Shown here one piece after another: positions 25,571 through 32,000 of a stretch of 32,000 bases of DNA. Below the pieces are notes generated by a model. It ran no database searches. It was not told where the DNA came from and saw only the letters and a list, made by a program, of their open reading frames with translations. The first letter of the stretch is position 1. Each line of letters opens with the position of its first letter. The DNA comes from Promethearchaeota archaeon (lineage in GTDB: Archaea; Asgardarchaeota; Hermodarchaeia; Hermodarchaeales; Hermodarchaeaceae), in the NCBI GenBank assembly GCA_048938295.1, contig JBHLMI010000013.1, forward strand, positions 27,804-59,803, given 5' to 3'. The position numbers and the translations under genes were made by a program.

Positions 25571-26368
25571 ATGAAAATCATCGTCCCAATCAAACAGGTT
25601 CCCGAAATCGCTGAGGTTAAAATAGACCCGGAAACGAAAACCCTTGTTCGTGCTGGAGTTCCCTCGATTCTCAACCCCTTTGATGAATTCGCCGTTGAAG
25701 AAGCAGTTCGCATCAAAGAACAACTCGGTGAAGGTGAAGTCGTTATCATTACCATGGGTCCTCCGCAAGCAGAAGAAGCTCTGAAAAAGTGCCTCGCGAT
25801 GGGCGGAGACCGTGCCATCCACCTCTCGGATCGTGCTTTTGCAGGCGCAGATACTTGGGCCACGGCTTTTACCATTGCCCAAGCCATCAAAGCCGAAGCC
25901 CCTTATGATCTCATTATCTGTGGCAAACAAGCCATTGATGGTGATACGGCCCAAGTTGGTCCAGAAATCGCTGAAATTCTGGGTATTCCTCAAGTCACTT
26001 ATGCTGTGAACGTTGAACTCGCAGAGAGTAAAAAGCGCATCAAAGTGAAACGAGAAACGGATGAAGGATTTGAAGTGGTGGAATGCCGCTTACCTGCACT
26101 CCTCACAGCGACTAAAGGGCTTAACGAACCCCGCCTACCAAGCCTAATGGCCATCATGAGAGCCAGCAAGAAGGAAATCAGACTCGTTACAGCTGAAGTC
26201 CTTGGTGGAGATCAAAACCAGTATGGGCTCCCAGGTTCGCCCACCCAAGTGGTGGAGGTATTCACACCTGAGCAACGCACCGGCGGTATCAAAATCGATG
26301 GCACCGAAGATCCTGAAGGTGCTGCAAAACAACTTGTTGAGTGGTTACTGAAAAAGGGGATAATTTAG
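25571..26368 (+). CDS. etfB: Electron transfer flavoprotein beta subunit
   Basis: IKQVP, ILNPFDEFAVEEA, TMGPPQA, FAGADTWAT, GKQAIDGDTAQVGP, GLPGSPTQV. Confidence 0.95.
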   Translation: MKIIVPIKQVPEIAEVKIDPETKTLVRAGVPSILNPFDEFAVEEAVRIKEQLGEGEVVIITMGPPQAEEALKKCLAMGGDRAIHLSDRAFAGADTWATAFTIAQAIKAEAPYDLIICGKQAIDGDTAQVGPEIAEILGIPQVTYAVNVELAESKKRIKVKRETDEGFEVVECRLPALLTATKGLNEPRLPSLMAIMRASKKEIRLVTAEVLGGDQNQYGLPGSPTQVVEVFTPEQRTGGIKIDGTEDPEGAAKQLVEWLLKKGII

Positions 26369-26384
26369 GGTAGGTTGGTTTATC

Positions 26385-27578
26385 ATGCTAAACGTTAACA
26401 AAGAGGAATGCACGGGCTGTGGTTTGTGTGTGAAAGTCTGTCCCTTTGATGCCATGCACCTTGTCAACGAGAAAGCGGAGGCTGATGAAAAATGCACCCT
26501 CTGCGGTGCCTGCGTCAAAGTCTGCCCTGTTGACGCAATCTCCATTGAACGCAAACGAGTAGATCCCTCCAAGTTCACCGATTACAAAGGGGTGTGGGTG
26601 TGGGCTGAACAAATCAACGGTGAACTTCGTAATGTCGTTTTGGAACTGTTGGGGAAAGGACGAGAACTTGCTGACAAACTCGGTGAACCGCTCAGCGCAG
26701 TTCTCTTGGGACATAACGTCGGAAAACTTCCAGAAATCCTCATTCAACATGGTGCTGATGTTGTCTATGTAAACGATCAGGAGATCCTCGCCCAATACAC
26801 CACCGAAGCCTATGCAGATGTTATCGCCGCCCTTATCGTCACCGAAAAACCCAACATCATCTTATACGGAGCTACTGCCAACGGACGAGACCTCGGACCC
26901 CGAATCGCCGCACGCTTAATCCTCGGACTAACCGCTGACTGCACCGGGCTGGACATCGACGACCGACGGCAACTCGTCCAAACCCGTCCTGCCTTCGGTG
27001 GCAACATCATGGCCTCCATTCTAAGCCCTTATACTCGACCCCAAATGGCGACGGTCCGACCTAACGTCTTCAAAGTCCCTGAACCTGACGCCTCCCAGAC
27101 AGGTGGAACCAAGAATGTAGATATCAAAGTGAACAAGGCGGCGGTGCGCACCAAAATCGTGGACACCATTGTCGAAATTGAGGAAGGCGAGCTCAAAGTT
27201 GACGAAGCCGAAAGGGTGGTCTCCTGCGGACGTGGTATCAAAGACCCCCAAAATATCGAAGTTGTCGCTGAACTAGCGGACCAACTCAACGCTGCTCTTG
27301 GCGGCTCCCGTCCCATTGTCGACCAAGGATGGATGAAACACCATCAACAGGTTGGCCAATCTGGCCGAACCATCGCACCAAAGCTCTACATTGCCTGTGG
27401 GATCAGTGGCGCAATCCAACATCTCGTCGGCATGCGAACCAGCGACACCATCGTCGCCGTCAACAGCGACCCCGACGCCCCCATCTTCACTGTTGCTGAC
27501 TACGGAATTGTTGGCGATCTATTCAAAATCGTTCCTGCCCTTGTGAAGGAAATCAAACGGGTAAAGGCACAGAAGTGA
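26385..27578 (+). CDS. etfA: Electron transfer flavoprotein alpha subunit with N-terminal 2x[4Fe-4S] ferredoxin domain (CarE-like)
   Basis: CTGCGLCVKVCP and CTLCGACVKVCP; GLTADCT, TRPAFGG, QVGQSG, GISGAIQH. Confidence 0.95.
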   Translation: MLNVNKEECTGCGLCVKVCPFDAMHLVNEKAEADEKCTLCGACVKVCPVDAISIERKRVDPSKFTDYKGVWVWAEQINGELRNVVLELLGKGRELADKLGEPLSAVLLGHNVGKLPEILIQHGADVVYVNDQEILAQYTTEAYADVIAALIVTEKPNIILYGATANGRDLGPRIAARLILGLTADCTGLDIDDRRQLVQTRPAFGGNIMASILSPYTRPQMATVRPNVFKVPEPDASQTGGTKNVDIKVNKAAVRTKIVDTIVEIEEGELKVDEAERVVSCGRGIKDPQNIEVVAELADQLNAALGGSRPIVDQGWMKHHQQVGQSGRTIAPKLYIACGISGAIQHLVGMRTSDTIVAVNSDPDAPIFTVADYGIVGDLFKIVPALVKEIKRVKAQK

Positions 27579-27777
27579 TTTATTTTATACCCCTACATCC
27601 GATACCCATGCAAATGACATTATCCTCAGAGAGCTATACAACATAGCAGCGGGGATAACACTCTTCGTTGTTAACAGCCCTTGGTTCCTGTTTCTGGTCG
27701 GTGAGGAACTTTGGGACCATCGGAAACGTTGTAAGAGCCAATGATTTTGATCACGATTAGCTTCTATGATTCGAACA

Positions 27778-28215
27778 TTAAGCTTCAAGTGGTTTTTGAG
27801 CAATGAATCCCGCTATCAGAGCGAAGAGTCCTGGGAGCCAGCTGGTCATGACGAGGCCTAACCATATGGGGGGCCAGGTTAAGCCGAATAGGGAATAAGC
27901 GAGGAAAGTTGGAATAATGCCTCCGATGATGAGAGCGAATATGCCGATGATGATAAGCCATATCCTGAATCGGCCAGGACTACTGGCAAAGACAAAGAAT
28001 AGAATCATGAAGATGAAACCGGTAATGGAGCTAGCAAACATTGAAGCCATCGTCATGACGGCAAGATTTCGAAGAGGGTCTCCGGGGGCAAAAATCGCTG
28101 CGAGAATGACAAGGATGAAGATGATAAAACCAAAGAAGCCATTGGTCACCAAGTAGATGAGTTGGAGGACAGCGCCTAGAATGACAAGAAGTCTGGCTAT
28201 GGAGTTTCTTTCCAC
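27778..28215 (-). CDS. Hypothetical membrane protein (~4 TM)
   Basis: Hydrophobic ORF; GTG 28215 follows GGAGGTGA. Confidence 0.7.
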   Translation of the reverse strand: MERNSIARLLVILGAVLQLIYLVTNGFFGFIIFILVILAAIFAPGDPLRNLAVMTMASMFASSITGFIFMILFFVFASSPGRFRIWLIIIGIFALIIGGIIPTFLAYSLFGLTWPPIWLGLVMTSWLPGLFALIAGFIAQKPLEA

Positions 28216-28307
28216 ACGAATCACCTCCCAACGCCTTGAATTACAATTGGATATCGGGTTTAGGCAGTATTAAAATTACAGGGGAAGAGCCCTAGACAGC
28301 ATCTACC

Positions 28308-29078
28308 TCATCGTTGAGCCAACGTGATGAGGTTACGACTCTCTAACGCTGAAAACGGCTGCCTCGAATAGGAACTAAACAGCTCAACACGAGTGAAATT
28401 AAGGCTGAGGAATTGCTCTTCCATGATATGCTGTGAGAGTTGAAGCACCTGCTGCGAATGAGTCTGAGTTTCCCAGGTGTTTCCATGTTTGATTAATCCT
28501 GTGAAAACAAGGTGTGCAATCGAGGAACTGGTGAGTGGTTCAAAGAAGCGAACGAAAATCACTTCATCTCCACCTGGAGTTCTGCCATATTTCAGGGGAA
28601 AGAAGCGGAACTGGGAATGTCGGATTTCCTCAAAATTGAGGATTTGTGAAACAAAGTACCCATCCTGTGAGAGCATCTGTTGGACGCCTTTGAGAGTCTG
28701 TTGCAGAGATTCAAGAGAGGGAAGCAGCGCCAATGAATTGCCAAGACACAAAATCACATCAAACGGATCCTTCACTATGGTATTTGCATTTTCCATGTTG
28801 GCAACATGGAATTGGACCTGGACGTCATTTTCTTGGGCATAGGTTTGGGCCGCAGATATCATTTGAGAACTAAGGTCGAGTCCGATAACCTCGTGACCAT
28901 CTTTTGCCAAGGCCACCGCGTGGCGTCCGCTTCCACAGGCTAGGTCAAGAATACGTGCTATTTTCTTCTCTTGAATCAGGCCTCTGAGTAATGGAAGCTC
29001 TCGTTGGAGGCGTTGTGCCCAGTTTATAGATTGGTCATAGATTAACGCTAACTCTTCAAAGACGTTCATAGGTATCAT
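28308..29078 (-). CDS. Class I SAM-dependent methyltransferase (glycine/sarcosine N-methyltransferase-like)
   Basis: RILDLACGSGRHA, GLDLSSQMI, FDVILCLGNSL; ATGA overlap with the dehalogenase stop. Confidence 0.88.
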   Translation of the reverse strand: MIPMNVFEELALIYDQSINWAQRLQRELPLLRGLIQEKKIARILDLACGSGRHAVALAKDGHEVIGLDLSSQMISAAQTYAQENDVQVQFHVANMENANTIVKDPFDVILCLGNSLALLPSLESLQQTLKGVQQMLSQDGYFVSQILNFEEIRHSQFRFFPLKYGRTPGGDEVIFVRFFEPLTSSSIAHLVFTGLIKHGNTWETQTHSQQVLQLSQHIMEEQFLSLNFTRVELFSSYSRQPFSALESRNLITLAQR

Positions 29079-30148
29079 CTAAACACTTGATGGTCAGGAT
29101 TACTCCAAAACGCTTCGAGGCCGTAGGGGACTTTATTGAACGTGCGTTTGGTGAACGGGCATACAGCAATGCAAGTTGAGCAATCGCCTCCATTATCACA
29201 CCAGAACTCATAGCATCGTTCAGAATTCACAGGCCATTTTAGGACACCGGGATTATTTGATTTGCAGGTTGGTGTAAAGGTGGGCTCATCTGTTTTGGAG
29301 ATGGCGTCAACCTCGCAGGCTTCAGCACACCGTTTGCAGTGGCAACAGTACTCCGTGACACCAAAGTCGATGGGCTTGTCGACTTGGAGGGGCATATCGG
29401 TAAAGATTTTACATAAGCGAACCCGGGAGCCATATTCTGGAGTGATAAGAAGCCCATGTCGACCTAATTGTCCGAGTCCAGCATCGATGGCTAGTGGAAC
29501 ACTGAGACCCGTGTCATTAGCACATTGGATCGCATCATAACCTAAGTTTCGAATAAACTCGCCAAGGAGCGCAAGTACAAAGCCCATGCGCGAATACCCC
29601 ACACCCGTCGCAGCGGCGGCAGGGATGGCAGGGGAGGTGGCAATCCCTTCAGGCTCCATTTCGATAGCCATTACAACAGCTGTATTGCAGTGTTCGGGGA
29701 TATCGACTTCCGAATAGATCCAATTAAGGTTAAGCGGGCATATGCCAGTCGCTGAAGCGCCAAAGAGTTTAGCCGCTCGTTTAATGTAGGCACTCATTTT
29801 GGGAGGAGCTTCAGCTTCGAAGGGGATTTGAGCAAGGTCATAGTCAAGTTCAGCAGCTGGTTTACGAAATTTTGGTATTCGGGAATGGGCAAAGGTGCCT
29901 TCATAGGTGTCATGGAGAGTCCAGGCTGCTTCTTCGAGAGCAAAATCAATGTGTGTATATCCAGGTTTCGGATTCCGAATATATGCGGGAATCCGTTCAT
30001 CAATCATTCGTTGATGACCTGGCCAGTGGGGGTCTGAATGGACACGATTGAAAATTAAATAGTCTAAGTTATATCTTCGTAGTTGGCTTGGATCGATCGT
30101 GTAGGGGGGTTGGTCGAGTCGGCGTATTTGTAGTCGATTGAGTCCCAT
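29075..30148 (-). CDS. Reductive dehalogenase-like cobalamin/2x[4Fe-4S] protein with no TAT signal
   Basis: GYSRM, SVPLAIDAGLGQLGRHGLLITPEYGSRVRLCKIFTDMPL, CxxCxxCxxxC and C..W...CxxCxxxCP. Lacks QueG-type RDYH/GSW motifs. Confidence 0.88.
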   Translation of the reverse strand: MGLNRLQIRRLDQPPYTIDPSQLRRYNLDYLIFNRVHSDPHWPGHQRMIDERIPAYIRNPKPGYTHIDFALEEAAWTLHDTYEGTFAHSRIPKFRKPAAELDYDLAQIPFEAEAPPKMSAYIKRAAKLFGASATGICPLNLNWIYSEVDIPEHCNTAVVMAIEMEPEGIATSPAIPAAAATGVGYSRMGFVLALLGEFIRNLGYDAIQCANDTGLSVPLAIDAGLGQLGRHGLLITPEYGSRVRLCKIFTDMPLQVDKPIDFGVTEYCCHCKRCAEACEVDAISKTDEPTFTPTCKSNNPGVLKWPVNSERCYEFWCDNGGDCSTCIAVCPFTKRTFNKVPYGLEAFWSNPDHQVFR

Positions 30149-30198
30149 ATCTTTGCCACCTTAAGTGTAATTTACCTGTTGAGCTTTTTGAAGGTTCA

Positions 30199-31467
30199 CT
30201 AATAACCACAAGCGGCTCTAAGGACTTCTGCGAATTCAAAGACTTCCGTGAAGGTATTATAGAATGGAACTGGTGCGACCCGAATCACATCGGGTTCTCG
30301 CCAATCACAATAGATTCCTGCTTTTGTGAGGTGTTCAAAGAGGACTTTCCCATTATGATGTGTTTGGATTGAGAGTTGACAGCCACGTTGATTGGGATCA
30401 CGGGGTGTAAGAATGGAGAATTGGTTAGCACCGATCTGGTCGAGGAGAAATTCTAAGTAACCAGTAAGCTGCAGAGATTTTTTACGGAGTCGTTGCAGGG
30501 ATACTTCATCAAACATTTTCAAGGAAGCATCAAGTGGGGCAAGCAGAAGAGGAGAGAAACTGCTGATTTGCCAACCCGCTGCTCCGATGCTTGCATCGAT
30601 ATCAGATTCCATCAGGAAACGACTTTCGAGTTTATTCCCCCACCAACCCTCAAATCGCGGACGGACCTGTTCAGAAAAATGGCTTTCGTGAACAAAGCAA
30701 CCCCCAGGACCTCCAGGACCCCCATTCAAATACTTGTAAGTACACCAGACCGCAAAATCCACTTTCCAATCATGCAACTTCAAAGGAATATTTCCCACAG
30801 CGTGAGCCAAGTCATACCCAATCATGGCACCATGTTCATGGCCCAGATTAGCAATTTCTCTCAACTCGAAGGCCTGTCCAGAGTAATAGTTAACACCACC
30901 TAAGAGAATGAGCGCCACTGAATCCCCTGTTTCCTCAAAGAGGGCTTTGAAATCATCAAGGGTAATAGTGGCTCCCCTTTCAGGAGTTGCCTTTAACAAT
31001 GCATCAGCCGGATCAATGTGATGAAAACGTAGTTGGGATTTGATGGCATACTCATCACTAGGGAAAGCTTTCTCTTCGATGATGACCTTAAAGCGATGTT
31101 TTGTCGGTCGATAAAAAGATACAAGCATTAAATGAAGATTGACAGAGAGCGCATTCATCAAAACAACTTCGGGGTTTTTTGCTCCTACGATTTTGGCCAT
31201 GCTTAAATGAAGAGAATCCCCATAGGTAATCCAGGGAGTAGCAGCTTTGGTGTAGGCTTCAACACCCCAGGTCTCCCAATCCCTCAGGATTTTTTCAAGG
31301 TGCACTCGTGTTGTTTTTGGTTGTAATCCCAAGGAGTTTCCTAAGAAATAGGTGGCAGGTTTACCTTCAACATCCTTGGGGAGATGAAACTCATTACGGT
31401 ATTTGGAAAGGGGATCCTTGGAATCCATCTCCGAAGCAAAGGCTTTACTCACTTCGAATTGCTTCAT
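30199..31467 (-). CDS. kynU: Kynureninase (PLP-dependent)
   Basis: YFLGNSLGLQP, MNALSVNLHLMLVSFYRP, DLAHAVGN, WCTYKYLNGGPG, GWWG, RGCQLS, DWREPDVIRVAPVPFYN. Confidence 0.93.
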   Translation of the reverse strand: MKQFEVSKAFASEMDSKDPLSKYRNEFHLPKDVEGKPATYFLGNSLGLQPKTTRVHLEKILRDWETWGVEAYTKAATPWITYGDSLHLSMAKIVGAKNPEVVLMNALSVNLHLMLVSFYRPTKHRFKVIIEEKAFPSDEYAIKSQLRFHHIDPADALLKATPERGATITLDDFKALFEETGDSVALILLGGVNYYSGQAFELREIANLGHEHGAMIGYDLAHAVGNIPLKLHDWKVDFAVWCTYKYLNGGPGGPGGCFVHESHFSEQVRPRFEGWWGNKLESRFLMESDIDASIGAAGWQISSFSPLLLAPLDASLKMFDEVSLQRLRKKSLQLTGYLEFLLDQIGANQFSILTPRDPNQRGCQLSIQTHHNGKVLFEHLTKAGIYCDWREPDVIRVAPVPFYNTFTEVFEFAEVLRAACGY

Positions 31468-31607
31468 ATTCAGTCCTCACTCCGCTTTTATTGAGAAATC
31501 AGTACATTCTTGCAGATTGAAGAAGTTGGTAGACTTAAAGAATATCACCTTGAAGGGAGTATGAACCACAATCCCTTGTTATAGGATTCTTTTTTGTTGA
31601 TAATCGT

Positions 31608-32000
31608 TTAGAAAAAGAAAGCGTCTTGGTCCTCGTCTTCGGGTTCTTTTGATTCTTCTGGTTCTTCTTCCTGTTCCGGTGTTGTTTCTAGTGGTTCTTT
31701 AGAAGAAGCTGGTTCCTCAAAGATTATCGGTTCTGATGGCGTTCTAGATTCGTCTTCGGAAATGTCTGGTTCGGGTTCGGAAACTGGCTCATGTTCAGGG
31801 GCTTCTTCGGGTTCAGGAACTGGTGGAACAGGCGGGGGTGTTGTTTCGAGTTCAGCAGATTCTTCTTCTGCTTCGATTGAAATCTCCTCTTCCTCTTCTT
31901 CCTCTTCTTCCTCTTCTTCCTCTTCTTCCTCTTCTTCCTCTTCTTCCTCTTCTTCCTCTTCTTCCTCTTTCTCCTCTTCGTATTCGAGCTCAGAAAAAGG
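31608..32000 (-). CDS. C-terminal fragment of an acidic low-complexity protein
   Basis: The frame is open to the window edge: PFSELEY-EEEK-E28-ISIEAEEE..., then a Pro/Glu-rich tail ending DQDAFFF-stop. Confidence 0.8.
   Translation of the reverse strand, partial: PFSELEYEEEKEEEEEEEEEEEEEEEEEEEEEEEEEEEEISIEAEEESAELETTPPPVPPVPEPEEAPEHEPVSEPEPDISEDESRTPSEPIIFEEPASSKEPLETTPEQEEEPEESKEPEDEDQDAFFF
31884..31979 (-). repeat. Coding microsatellite: 8 perfect 9-bp units (TCCTCTTCT, 31891-31962) within a poly-Glu tract
   Basis: Read directly from the sequence; encodes 28 consecutive Glu, then K and EEE. Confidence 0.9.

Noticed and set aside
27580-27803. Protein-like plus frame (ANDIILRELYNIAAGITLFVVNSPWFLFLVGEELWDHRK) and a 72-aa minus ORF after etfA
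   Set aside because: The plus frame has no start codon or SD, and the minus ORF has no motifs; a pseudogene remnant cannot be supported without a search.
29075-30148. Epoxyqueuosine reductase QueG
   Set aside because: Lacks QueG motifs and keeps the PceA-like GYSxM and RVRLxKxFTDMPL segments.
1-32000. CRISPR arrays, tRNA/rRNA genes, transposases or integrases
   Set aside because: No spaced direct repeats, cloverleaf or T-loop signatures, rRNA motifs or recombinase motifs were found by eye.

Overview
This is a gene-dense archaeal window with GGTGA/GAGGTG Shine-Dalgarno sites, TATA-type promoters and frequent GTG/TTG starts. The gene styles (TAT-less reductive dehalogenase, TM plus Zn-ribbon proteins, degenerate KaiC-like protein) suggest an Asgard-type anaerobe, but that is inference only. 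The core (7.2-27.6 kb) is a B12/biotin acyl-CoA metabolism cluster. It holds CobO, two split-mutase large subunits whose active-site residues predict methylmalonyl-CoA mutase (Tyr/Arg) and isobutyryl-CoA mutase (Phe/Gln), one B12-binding small subunit, MeaB, an epimerase, BirA and a ferredoxin-fused ETF with bifurcating-type motifs. It also holds a 12S-5S-1.3S-like biotin triad with no biotin carboxylase or Na+-pump beta subunit in the window. That triad is the best candidate for an undescribed system: an archaeal transcarboxylase with an epsilon/PccX-like tail on the 5S subunit and four tandem beta-hairpin repeats on the carrier. An oxygen-defence set (desulfoferrodoxin, an unannotated rubredoxin, rubrerythrin) lies inside the cluster. 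The right end has a kynureninase with atypical specificity residues, followed by a reductive dehalogenase coupled to a methyltransferase. The left end has ahcY flanked by two structured non-coding regions that share sequence motifs; one contains a clean H-type pseudoknot. I found no CRISPR array, tRNA, rRNA or mobile element.
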